A DNA stretch of 63,926 bases, the filler included, from Chrysochromulina tobinii (Eukaryota), in NCBI GenBank assembly GCA_001275005.1. It is 6 parts of 6 records of this genome, joined end to end, with 100 filler letters (N's around TTAATTAATTAA, not from the genome) between each part and the next. Parts side by side here need not be neighbours in the genome. Positions count along the whole stretch, not along the records: positions 30,996 to 50,129 come from JWZX01000903.1; 5 more parts are not named here. One strand, given 5' to 3'. The notes below the pieces were generated by a model that saw only the letters and a program-made list of their open reading frames with translations, searched no databases and was not told the origin of the DNA. The position numbers and the translations under genes are program-made. Shown here piece after piece: positions 32,368-42,710 of the stretch (position 1 is its first letter; every line of letters begins with the position of its first letter).

Positions 32368-35300
32368 ATGGCCGACTTCCCGCGACGTCCCGAATCGCCT
32401 GGACCGACACGCGAGGAAGTGGGCTCCGAGTATTGGGATCCGCCCTGCCGCGTCTGCAAGGTGGTCGACGACGAAGCCAACGTCCTGTGCGAGCTGTGCA
32501 ACGACGCGTACCACCTCGCTTGCATCGATAAGATCAACAAGCCGCCGCTGCCGCGGTCGCCAGAAGACGACGAGTGGTTCTGCCGCGCGTGCGTCAAGCG
32601 CGGCGTGCCCGAGGTCATCCTGGACCGCGTCGGCCGCGACTCGTCGGCGCACTACCTCGTCCAGTGGCTCGGCAAGCCCAAGTGGGACGTGTCATGGGAG
32701 CACGCCAAGATCCTCGACACGGCCTGGAGCCGCAAGCTCATCAGCAAGTACGTGGTCGAGACGGAGCCCGCCCGCAAGGGCATATCGCCCATCCTGCCGC
32801 CGTGCCACGAGCTCGTCGACCTGCGCCGCTCGCACGCCGACGCCGCCGCCAGCGCGGCCGCCGCGTGCCCGACGTCGCCGTACGTCTCGGAGCCGGCACC
32901 GGGCGGCGCTGGCCGCGGGCGTGGCACTCCTGCAGGCGCTGCGCGCCGTGTGCCTGCGCGTGCCCGAGTCCCATCCGCTCGGTGCGCTCGCCGCCGCCGC
33001 CGCGCGCCTCGCGCGGCTGCATCGGCATCCGCGCTGCGCCTCACTCGCACAGTGGTCAACGGCCGCCGGGGAGTCGCGCGCCGCGGCGGGCATGGCCATC
33101 GCGCGCGCCGTCGCCGCACTCAAGCCGCTGAGCACCCTCGCCAACACGCTGGGCAAGCGCGGCACTGCCAAGCGCCTCGCTGCCTTGCAATCCGCCGCCG
33201 CCGAGGCCGCGCACGCTCCATCCACTGATGAGGCTGCCATATTAGGCAAGCCGACCGAGGAGCTCGCGCAGGCGAGCGGCGGCAAGGCGGCGAGACTAGG
33301 CCGCGGCAAGGCGGCGGCCGGGGGCACCGCGACGAGCGGCGGCAAGGCGGTAAGCCTACCGGTAGGTAAGAAGCGCGCCGGCTCGCCGGAGATCGCCGGA
33401 GATCGCTCGTCGGAGAGTCGAGTGGAGGGCAGTGCGCCGGCGGCGGTGCGCCTCAGGTTAGTGGGCGAGGCACCGCTCACACTCGCCTCCGCGTCCGCCG
33501 CCGCTAGTCGCGCCGCCGCCCTCCCCTGCGCCGCCTCCCTGGCGAACTCTTCCGCGGCGGCCGCGGCGGCCGCGGTGGCCGCGGTGGCACTGCACGTGGG
33601 TGGCACCGGCGCGAGCCACGTGAACGGCCCGACGTACGAGCAGCTCGCCGAGCTGCGGGAGCTGTGCTCGCGCCGACCGGCACCGGCCCATGTGCTCTCG
33701 CCGGTGGCTTTGGTCCTCGGACGCGCCCTGAGTGTCGCAGAGCATGCGGAGTGGGGTGTAACGACGGCGCCCGCGCTCTGTGCGGCCGAGGCGCTGCGCA
33801 CGCTGCTCACGGAGCTCATGGCCTTCCTCGGACCGTTACCACCAGCGGCGGCCTCGGAGGATACCCTCGCCGCCGCCAAGGCTGCATGCACGCCCAATGC
33901 CTATCGCTCCTTTCTCATGCATCTGAAGGAGCAGCGGGCCGGAGGCGGCGGCAATGATGCCATGGGCGACGCCGCGACGCTTGTAGTGCCGCGCGAGGCA
34001 GCCGCCGCAGCCGCCGCGTTCGTACCGAGCGCCGTTCCGAGCGCCGTTCCGAGCGCCCTTCGCACCCTTTTTGTGGCGCCACGCGAGGCGGCCGCCGCGG
34101 CCGACGCGTTCGCCGCGCTCGCGCCGAGCGCCCTTCGCACCCTCGGTGATCGCGCCAATGCCGAGTACCGCTCCCGGCTCGGTTCCCTCCCCAATGATCT
34201 CCTCGGGCTCGAGCGCCGTGGCGGCGGCGGCGGCGGGCGTGGCGGCGAGCGTGGCGGTGGCCCGTGCAGCGTTTGCCGCGAGTCGGACCGGCGGGACTGC
34301 CTCATCTGCCACCGGTGCGACCAACTCACGCATCTCATGTGCTTCTTCCCGCCAAAGGTCTCAGCCGACGAGGCGGACGAGGCGCACTGGACGTGCGACA
34401 TCTGCTCAGCGAAATTGCCGCCGCCGCTCGCGATGCCCAAGCAAGGAGATGAGCTCGAAGCCGAGGTGGCCGAGCCGGAGGGCGGGGCACCCGTGTGGAA
34501 GCGTGCTATCGTGCTCAAGGTGCTCCCGCGCGCCACCTTCCGGCTCATGATCAACCCCGACGAGGAGGACGACTTCATCGAGGAGTATGGGATGCACGAA
34601 CTCAACAAGGAGTGGCGATGGCCGCAGGCCGCCCTTGCGGCCAATGCGGCCGCCCGCGCCGCAGCCGAGCAGTGCGCAGCTTCCGTCGCCGAGAAGCAAG
34701 CGGCCGAGAAGGCGGCGCTCGTTGCGGACCAAGAGAGCGCGCCATCGGATCCTCTCCTCTTGGAGCTCGTCAAACAGTTCTACGACGAAGGGTTCTGTGT
34801 GCTCAAAGACGGGTTGAGCGCAGATCAGGTGGACGCGTGCGACATGGTCGTCGATCGCGGCTACAAGCAGTACATGCACTGCGTCAAGACCCTCGAGCTG
34901 CAGGAGAGGCTGAGCGAGGTGGGCTTCATGGAGATCAAGAAGCGCTCCGCCTGATTGCCTCCCTCATTGCACCTGATTGCCACCCTCATCAGGTGGGCTT
35001 CATGGAGATCAAGATGCGCTCCGCCGGGAGATACGATCTGCAACTGCCCGAGCTCTCGACGCCCGCCTTCTCGTTTGTCACCCATGACGCCCCCTGGATG
35101 GCGCTTGTGCATGCATTGCTCGGCAAGGACGCGGTGAGTGCCCCCCCACCTGCCATGGAAGAGTCCCTGATTGCTGGACGATGTGCCACGTCACCGACGC
35201 TTGATTGCTGGACGATGTGCCACGTCACCGACGCTTGATTCTGGACGATGTGCCACGTCACCGACGCTTGAAGCGCTCGCGGTGACGCCCGTGGCGATGC

Positions 35301-35948
35301 TCGCAGGTCCTCACACACTTTGGCTGCATGCTCTCTTTCCCGGGCTCCGCCACACAGCCTTGGCACTCGGACGGTCCCCACATCAGGGGCTGCGGCGAGG
35401 CGGCGCATCGAGTTGGATACGGGATGGCTGGTGCCCCAGAACCGGACGCCAAGTTCAACCCCAACGGCTTTCATGCTGGCAAGGAGGCGGCGGCCGCTAA
35501 CGCCGCGGCCCCTGGGCGCAAGGACAAGGGGAGCGTCGTCCCGGGCACTCCTGCGGACGATGAGGAGGCGGAGGCGGAGGGGGCTCCCGGAGTGCAGCCC
35601 TTCTACGCGCCCGTACATGCCCTCAATGTGTTCGTACCTTTGGTCGATCTCAGCGAGGATAGGGGCCCGACGGAGTTCGTGCCAGGATCTCACCGCGACT
35701 ACGACGTTGACGCGCCGAGCAAGAAAGAGACCCTCCTCAAAGGGCAGGCGCTGCTATTCGACTACCGCCTCAAGCACCGCGGGCTGGGGAACAACTCGAC
35801 GACCGAGAGGCCGCTCCTCTACATCACCTACGCACGTCCCTTTTGGGTCGACGTGGACAACTTTGACAAGGCGCGCTACGAGAATCTGCCCGCGTGCAAA
35901 GAGTTCATGTCGCGCGAGGAGCGCTTACTAAAGCGCCAGCGCGGCTGA
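32368..35948 (+). CDS. PHD finger - chromodomain - Ala-rich helical region - PHD finger - Tudor/Agenet-like - PhyH-family 2OG-Fe(II) dioxygenase. Introns 34919-34992 and 35134-35306; unresolved frame change near 32860-32935
   Basis: CRVC..CELCNDAYHLAC..WFCRAC; EVILDR..YLVQWLG..SWE; CSVC..CHRC..HLMC..WTCDIC; GDELEAEV..WKRAIV; FYDEGFCVL..QPWHSDG..LNVFVPLVD..GPTEFVPGSH..LFDYRLKHRGLGN..RPLLY. Confidence 0.8.
34919..34992 (+). other. 74-nt intron = 33-nt copy of the downstream exon start + two TGATTGCC(T/A)CCCTCAT units + CAG
   Basis: 34919-34951 matches 34993-35025 at 32/33. The unspliced frame stops at 34954; splicing gives ERLSE-VGFMEIKMRSAGRYDL. Confidence 0.9.
35134..35306 (+). other. 173-nt intron containing three tandem ~33-bp units (TGATT(G)CTGGACGATGTGCCACGTCACCGACGCT)
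   Basis: GCG|GTGAGT...CGCAG|GTCCTC, phase 0; repeats at about 35168-35270. Confidence 0.85.
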
Positions 35949-36550
35949 GAGCGGCTGAGCAAGAGATCTCTTGTCGACGGGTGTGGGGCAACGGAGCTAC
36001 CGGCTTCCGGCCACGGGGGGAGGAAGCCCCAAGGGCCGCCTCGCGCAAGTCCCACGGTCTCAGGCAACGAGGGGTGCAGAGCCTAGAGCCCGGCCCGAAT
36101 GCAGGGACTCTGCTAAGCGGCGTGCCGAAGGTATGCACAGAGTGCATCCTTTTCCAGGGAGGAGTCGCTCTGAGGCCGTGCGACAGTAGCGGAGTCCGTT
36201 GCCCTGCGCGAGGGGCGGGCTGGGACCTGGGTGCTGTGGCGGAGCGGTTGGCGGCGTTGCTTCCCGTCCTGAAAGAGGATCTTGTTGATGTCGTGTGCGG
36301 TGCACGTGCGGCGATGCATATATCAATTATTCTTTGCATATATTAATTAATACGACGGAGTAGCCGGCCGGAGCTCAGTACCCGTCGCTTTGTTCGTTCG
36401 GGTTCGTGGGCGGCATGCGATTTCCTGTGCGTTCTTGTGCCGGTCAACCATCGCGTTCCTGTGCCGCACCCGCTCTCGGTCGCGAGCGATGAAAGAACCG
36501 AGCGCAACTGCTATGCCTAGTTGCTACGCGCGCCTCGCGTGACGACAAGT

Positions 36551-36635
36551 ACAGCCAAAGGGGAGGCTCCGGGCTCCTTCGGTCTCGGCGGTTACAGCCA
36601 AAGGGGAGGCTCCGGGCTCGTTTGGTCTCGGCGGT
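36551..36635. repeat. 43-bp tandem duplication just 3' of the CRAL-TRIO gene stop codon
   Basis: ACAGCCAAAGGGGAGGCTCCGGGCTC(C/G)TT(C/T)GGTCTCGGCGGT occurs twice. Confidence 0.9.
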
Positions 36636-36636
36636 C

Positions 36637-37838
36637 TCACTTCTTAAGCTGGGTAGGGAGCAGCGTGGGCTCTATCAGCCCTGGCTTGCGATCGATCCAC
36701 GCGATGGCCTTCTCCACGTTGTCTACATTCGAGGGCAGGAAGAAGGTCTTCGAAAGTATCTCCGCATCGAGGAGCGGCGAGACGATCTTCCACACGGGAT
36801 GGAAATAGGGCGGCACGTTAATGAAGGCGGCAATCCCAAGCCGACCCGGGTAGTGATTACGGAGGACATCAATGCACTCCTTGATCTGTGGGAGCGTGGT
36901 CGGGCGGAAGCCCGTCATGTCAAGCACGATGCACGCGCGCTGCACGCGCCGCCCTCGGCCACGTAGCGGCATGCGACGAATGTAATGCTCCATTTGGTAA
37001 GCGACGTGCCTGATGAGGGAGGCCATCGGAGGCACTCAGTAGCCATCAGGGGCGCACACAGACTCATGTCATCCTCCGTTTGGCAAGCGACGTACCGGAT
37101 TCGTTCCTCATGGGGCACGTGCTCGGGGTGCCATGCCTTCGCTAGAAAGTAGGTGAGGGGCATGCCGTTGCGCGTGTACCGCCACTGCTGCATCGTAGGG
37201 CGGGTGTGTGGCGGGTGCAATTCGAGCTTCCCGCTCCGCCAGCGCCTTCGGATCGCGCTGGCGGCGCTGGCGGCGCTGGCGGCGCTGGCGGCGCTGGCGG
37301 CGCTGCCAGTGCTGCCGGTGCTGCCGGTGCTGCCGGTGCTGCTGCTGACGCTGCTGACGCTGCTGCTGACGCCGCTACTGCTGCTACTAATGCTATCGCT
37401 GCTAGTGCCGGGCCTGATGCCGCAGGTGACGAGGGCCTCCTCCAGCGTCGCCTCTGTCTTCTGACCATTGGCGGGAGTCATCATCACGACCCAGCCCCGC
37501 TGCGAGCATGCGATGGGCATGTCGCTCGGCTTGAGCAAGCGTGGTTTGTACTTGGCGCGCCACACGAAATCCCTTCGGAGGAGCTTCGCTGCGCGCTCGG
37601 CGTCCCATTCGCATACGGCCAGGAACCGAGCGTACGTATCTGCCGTCACGCGCTCGCCCAGCTTGAAGACTGGCGGCGGTGGCACGAGGCGGCGGAGTTC
37701 GGCAATCGCCCGATGGCGCTGATCGGTGCTCACGTGTGGCGTTGAGCGCTGCAGCACGGTGCGTCGAGTGAGCAGTGCTAGCACCAGCGCGGCGCGAAGC
37801 GGGTGTTTCCACACGATTGCCGGCAGCGACAGGCGCAT
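36637..37838 (-). CDS. CRAL-TRIO/Sec14-like lipid-binding protein; intron 37010-37095
   Basis: YARFLAVCEWDAERA..DFVWR (CRAL-TRIO N domain), IVLDMTGF, LRNHYPGRLGIAAFINVPPYFHPVWKIVSPLLD. Confidence 0.88.
37010..37095 (-). other. 86-nt intron = 30-nt degenerate copy of the downstream exon start + CTGA(T/G)-type filler ending GATGGCCTCCCTCATCAG
   Basis: GTACGTCGCTTGCCAAACGGAGGATGACAT versus exon GCACGTCGCTTACCAAATGGAGCATTACAT (25/30). Splicing joins the two ORFs as ERIR-HVAYQMEHY. Confidence 0.88.
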
Positions 37839-38673
37839 GCCTCTCCGGCGGTGGCGACGCCCAGTGCTCGGGGTCGGAGCTCGCTCGATCTAAATGTGAC
37901 ACACTCGACGGGAAACCAAATGACGGTTGGCTATACAAAATGCGACATAGACGCATCTCCTTGGTGCACCCATAGGTGACACCTTAGCGCGCGCCCACGG
38001 GCTGGGCGCGCGTGTGGCCACAGGCCAGGGGCCACGCGTGCGCACCGACCGGTACCCCTCGCTACCCCACACGTGCTACCCGTGGACCTTTCCAACAGCT
38101 GACAACCGCTCTCGTGTCCTGAACGGCTGGTGCGATTGTGAGCTTTCACGGCGTCGGCCGTTTAGTCTGACGTGGCGGCGAGAGCGCGTGGCGGGTTGGA
38201 GAGACAGCACGTGCTGTGAGGGCACGGGGAGAGCGTGGGTGGAGGGATCGCCCACTCACATCAATGCTTCGCAATGGACGCGCGCTCGGCTCAATTTGTG
38301 GTTTATTTGTGGTAGTGCCAATGGCCTTGGCGCTGTGAACGGTCGCAACGCCGACGGCCTTGGTGTTCTCGAAGGACTGCTCTACGAAGTTAGGGCAAGT
38401 GTTAGGGATCAGAGCCCCGGGCGGAGACGGATGCAATGTCTCCGATTCCTCGACCGGCTCCGTTCCCGGCAGCGCATGGCGGCAAATGTTTATGACAGTC
38501 ATAGTCGATAGCTGATAGTCATAGACGTTAGGACCTCACTTGCATTGTCCACTGTGTTGGAGAGCGCCGGAGACGCGACCGAATCGAGAACACAATCACA
38601 ATTTTCCTTGCAATTTTCTTCCAGTGACGGACGCACTCTGGTCTCTTTATTCATTCCCTAACCAAGCCGTTTT

Positions 38674-39963
38674 TCACTCTTCAATCTCTCGCGGCGGATG
38701 CATGCACATGTTCAAGAAGTTATCGATGGCGCCGACAGGGGGCCCAGCGCGCATGATGACCTTGAACTCGGCGAGGTCAATCTCGCCGTCCTTGTTCGTG
38801 TCGGCTGCTGCCATCATCTGAGCGATTTTTCGGTTGTCGAGGCCCTTCGGGTACACGCTCAGGATGTACGCCTTCATCTCTTCAGCATTGATCTTGCCGC
38901 TCTTGTCCGTGTCCACCTTGACAAACGACGCCTCCAGGCCTGCATCCGACTTGTCGATATCCTCTGCAAAAGCAGCCTGAAAGCCCTGGGTGACGCCGAG
39001 AGTGTCGAACGTCTTCTCGAGTCCGATGACCACAAAGCCGCCGGTAGCCTTGACGCCTCTGACCGTGGCCTTGCCGACAAAGACGGCGCCATCGCCGATG
39101 GTCTTGACGCCCCCGACCGTGGCGCCGATGCCAGCGTCAACGGCGCCGCCGATGGCCCCGTCTGCTGCCTTCTTGGGTCCAGCGCGCATGATGACCTTGA
39201 ACTCGGCGAGGTCAATTTCGCCATCCTTGTTCGTGTCCGCCGCCGCCATCATCTCGCCGATGGTCTTGTCATTTACACCCTTCTCGTACACGCTCTGGAT
39301 GTACGCCTTCATCTCTTCATGGTTGATCTTGCCGCTCTTGTCCGTGTCCACCTTGACAAACGACGCCTCCAGGCCTGCATCCGACTTGTCGATCCCCTTG
39401 CCAAAGACCGCTTGGAAGCCCGCAGTCACGCCCGTCTTCTGAAGTCCTGTGACGACAAGGCCACCTGTAGCCTTGGCACCGTTGACCGTTGCCGTACCAA
39501 CGACCTTGGCTCCCTCAACAACAGCCCCGTCTGACTTTTTGGGGCCGGCACGCATGATGACCTTGAACTCGGCGAGGTCGATCTCGCCATTCTTGTTCGT
39601 GTCCGCCGTCATCATTTCATCGATGATCTTGAGGTCGAGTTCCTTGTCGTACACACTCAGGATGTACGCCTTCATCTCTGCGGCATCGATCTTGCCGTTC
39701 TTGTCCGAGTCCATCTTTGCAAATGCCGCCTCGAGGCCGCTATCCGTCTTGTCGATGCCCTCGCCAAAGACAGCTAGGAAGCCAGCGCCGACGCCGCCTC
39801 CAACAAACTTGACACCATTGACTGTGGCCGCGCCGATGGCCATGGCGCCGTCAAAGGTGCCTGAGCCGACTCTCTTGATGCCCTCAACGGCCAGCTCGAT
39901 AAAGTTAGGCTTTGGCGCCTCGGCTTGGACAAATGGCGGCGCCGGCTCCTCGACCGGCACCAT
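38674..39963 (-). CDS. Protein with three tandem modules, each made of 11-mer Gly/Val/Ala repeats plus an EF-hand pair (6 EF-hands)
   Basis: Three copies of D(S/T)DK(N/S)GKI..EMKAYI and DTNK(N/D)GEIDLAEFKVIMRAGP; the DNA-level repeats are near identical. Confidence 0.88.
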   Translation of the reverse strand: MVPVEEPAPPFVQAEAPKPNFIELAVEGIKRVGSGTFDGAMAIGAATVNGVKFVGGGVGAGFLAVFGEGIDKTDSGLEAAFAKMDSDKNGKIDAAEMKAYILSVYDKELDLKIIDEMMTADTNKNGEIDLAEFKVIMRAGPKKSDGAVVEGAKVVGTATVNGAKATGGLVVTGLQKTGVTAGFQAVFGKGIDKSDAGLEASFVKVDTDKSGKINHEEMKAYIQSVYEKGVNDKTIGEMMAAADTNKDGEIDLAEFKVIMRAGPKKAADGAIGGAVDAGIGATVGGVKTIGDGAVFVGKATVRGVKATGGFVVIGLEKTFDTLGVTQGFQAAFAEDIDKSDAGLEASFVKVDTDKSGKINAEEMKAYILSVYPKGLDNRKIAQMMAAADTNKDGEIDLAEFKVIMRAGPPVGAIDNFLNMCMHPPREIEE

Positions 39964-40261
39964 CTTCTTGTGTGTGTGTATTGCAGCGGAGGTACATGAA
40001 GAGCAAGATTGAATCCCCATTTTTGGTTCGAGCCGCCCGAATGCATGCCCGAGCTACGATTCGTTCCGTGAGCTCGTCCCTTCATCTCTTCCGATACAGT
40101 GTCCTCCACTCCACGTGCAGCGCTTAAAGACGCTATTGACTTGAGATCTCGGTGTTTGAGATCTCAAGACTTCCAAACGGATTCCGTCCCGTCAGGGAGA
40201 GCTGCGGCCCGTCATGGGGTCACACTCGCGCGGCGGGGCGGGCGGCGCGCACACTCCCGCC

Positions 40262-42178
40262 ATGTCTGCCTCCGATATGGACATGGACGGCATGGAGATT
40301 GAGGAGGAACCAGACAAGGGCAACGATGAGGGCTTCTACCAATCGACCATCCGACTCTTGAATCCAAGCCCCCCAGTGCAGCACATTGATCCGGACGAGT
40401 TCCGTGAGTACTTCTTCTTGGCATACTCGAGTCGATTCGTCAACTCTATCTATGTCCTGCTCGCCATCTTCGGCGCGCAATTGCTTCTGCAACTGTTTCT
40501 GCACATGGATAGCAGTAGCTTCACCCAGTCCCTGACCGAAGTGCTCGCATCGAATGGGTACTTGGCCAAACAGGATGCTGCTCTTTCCTCCCGCTCCTTG
40601 AGCAGCTTTAGTGAGCAGCAGCTCTTTCTCATACAGATGATTCTGCCATTGTTGGCCGTCGTCATCGCAGCTATGGTGTGCTCATCATCATCGCTCTTTA
40701 ACGCTAGGACACACAACTGGATCGTCGCCGGGATAGGAATCTCCATGCAGCTCGCCATCGGCTTCACGCCGCACCTCGCGCAAGCGGCGGAACTCCTCGG
40801 CTGGGAGAGCATCCCGTCCAACTGCTCCATCAGCGAAGCTGCACTGGTCATGCGATGCGATGTGACCATGTCGACGACGCCGACCTGCAACGCGGCTGCG
40901 CCAATGAGTAACGACTTATTCATCGTGCTGATCCTTCGGCGCGCTGCCTTCCACGCTGGCCAATCGCTCCTTCATTACGCGCTGGTCGCCCTCTTCATAC
41001 CAGACCTGTTCCATGCGGCCGTCGTCATGGTGACCATCGCGGCGCTCAACTGCGCGCGCGCACAGTACCTGTGGAAGCAGGCGTTCTGCATCAACCTGCT
41101 CGCGGCGACTTTGCCGTCGCACGTCACGTCGATCGCCGTGGCGCTCGCGGCGTGCCATCAGCAGAGGCAGCTCGTGCGACGGCAGCTGCTTCTGCAGAAG
41201 CAGCTGCAGGTGGCCAAGGACATCCGCATCGAGCAGTTGCAATGTGAAAAGGAGAGGCTTGACTTTGATCGCAAGGCCGCCCTCCAACGGGTGAGCCCGA
41301 TGCGCCAAAGTGAACACGCTGCCGATGACGATGGCGGCCGCTCATATCTCGGTGATATCTCGGTGACCGAAACGGCCAGCTGTGAAATTGCTGAGTTGTT
41401 GGCCGACAACGGCCGGGGCAACAAATCCCCGTTCAGCTTTGCGGGGGATCGCTTCTACTCTGGGCGGCCGAGCTGCGATCTCCGCGAGATCTCGACCCTT
41501 TCCCCGAGCTCGCCCCGATCTCCGAATAAGGACGCGGCCTCCAGATTGTACCACCTGCTTCCCCAGTACAGTTTCGAAGCCACCGACGAGAACGTCGTGT
41601 GGTTTCGCACGTCCGCCTCGCGCGAGCCCTACCGGCTTCACGTCTCTGACGGCCTGCTGCTCGGCGCGGATGGGCATCCCCTCGGGGGGGGAGCATGCGG
41701 AGCGGCGGAGGCAGACTATCTCTTCGTCATCAGCGCGGAGGGCGATTTGCTCGCGGCGAGGCGGCCGCCCTTGGAATCGGCCCCGGCAGAGAGCTCGCCA
41801 TCGCTGGCGTCGGGATCGACGAAAGAGGCGCCGCCGACGCTCGCGATGCATCATTCATCCCTCGTCGCTGGCGCCGCTGTCGCCGCCGCGGGCGAGATGA
41901 CCGTCAAGAATGGCGCGCTGCTCTCCGTCTCGAATTGGTCGGGCCACTACGCGCCGCGCCCCTCGTGCCTTCGAGTCTTGTTAGACAAGCTCGAGGAGAT
42001 GGGCGTCTCCGGCCTGGGGCACGTGCAGGTCCATGCGTGTGGGGCTCCGCCCCGGCGCACCGAGCAGAAGCGTGCGATGGAGGACAGCTTCAAATCGAGC
42101 GCAGCCTCAGATGCGGGCTGCTCCACAGTGGCCTCGTCGGTGTACGATCCGGCGCAGGCCATGAAGACGGACGACTGA
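40262..42178 (+). CDS. Polytopic membrane protein + short coiled coil + C-terminal IQM-type HSS...SGHY domain
   Basis: About 6 TM segments; RIEQLQCEKERLDFDR; REPYRLHVSDGLL..YLFVISAEGDL..HHSSLVAGAAVAAAGEMTVKNG..SNWSGHYAP. Confidence 0.7.
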   Translation: MSASDMDMDGMEIEEEPDKGNDEGFYQSTIRLLNPSPPVQHIDPDEFREYFFLAYSSRFVNSIYVLLAIFGAQLLLQLFLHMDSSSFTQSLTEVLASNGYLAKQDAALSSRSLSSFSEQQLFLIQMILPLLAVVIAAMVCSSSSLFNARTHNWIVAGIGISMQLAIGFTPHLAQAAELLGWESIPSNCSISEAALVMRCDVTMSTTPTCNAAAPMSNDLFIVLILRRAAFHAGQSLLHYALVALFIPDLFHAAVVMVTIAALNCARAQYLWKQAFCINLLAATLPSHVTSIAVALAACHQQRQLVRRQLLLQKQLQVAKDIRIEQLQCEKERLDFDRKAALQRVSPMRQSEHAADDDGGRSYLGDISVTETASCEIAELLADNGRGNKSPFSFAGDRFYSGRPSCDLREISTLSPSSPRSPNKDAASRLYHLLPQYSFEATDENVVWFRTSASREPYRLHVSDGLLLGADGHPLGGGACGAAEADYLFVISAEGDLLAARRPPLESAPAESSPSLASGSTKEAPPTLAMHHSSLVAGAAVAAAGEMTVKNGALLSVSNWSGHYAPRPSCLRVLLDKLEEMGVSGLGHVQVHACGAPPRRTEQKRAMEDSFKSSAASDAGCSTVASSVYDPAQAMKTDD

Positions 42179-42710
42179 TGAATCGGTCGACTCGACTAGC
42201 GAGAGCGGAGGAGCAAGGAGCTCGGGACGACGCGGAGTGACTCCATCGTGATGCCCACCAGGCCGATGGATCGACGGGTCGACGGGAAAATGGGACGTGG
42301 CTGGCGCTGCGCTGCACTTCGTCAGACCGGTAGGGTCGTCCCATCGAGCTGTCGCCCCTCGCGATGTACGATGTCGCGTTGTCGTGTCGGGTCGCGGAGT
42401 ACTCGATGTCAACTAGTGATGTGTACGTGCGGTGTGTGAACGTGAATACGTATACTGTGATGGTGAATACGTATATTGTAATTAGTATATTGTATACTAA
42501 TCGTACTGTGATACGTATACTAATTATGGTGATCGGCGGTAATATTAATCACCAAAATTGGACATCGGAAGGAGCGGCCCGGCAGTCACAGACTTGTTCC
42601 GTCGGCAAGTTGCGACCGATTCTCGTGACCATTGACGCGAACTCACCTCGCTGCGGGCTCGTCTCACTGTCTCGGGCCCCAGGCGGCGCGCATCAGGCGG
42701 CTCCGCGCGC

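Noticed and set aside
32880..32935. GTACGT...TGCAG as the intron fixing the frame change in the PHD-PhyH gene
   Set aside because: Removing these 56 nt does not join the 32368 frame to the 32921 frame, so the junction is left unresolved.
35168..35270. 33-bp direct repeats as a mini-CRISPR
   Set aside because: They are head-to-tail with no spacers and sit inside a spliceosomal intron.
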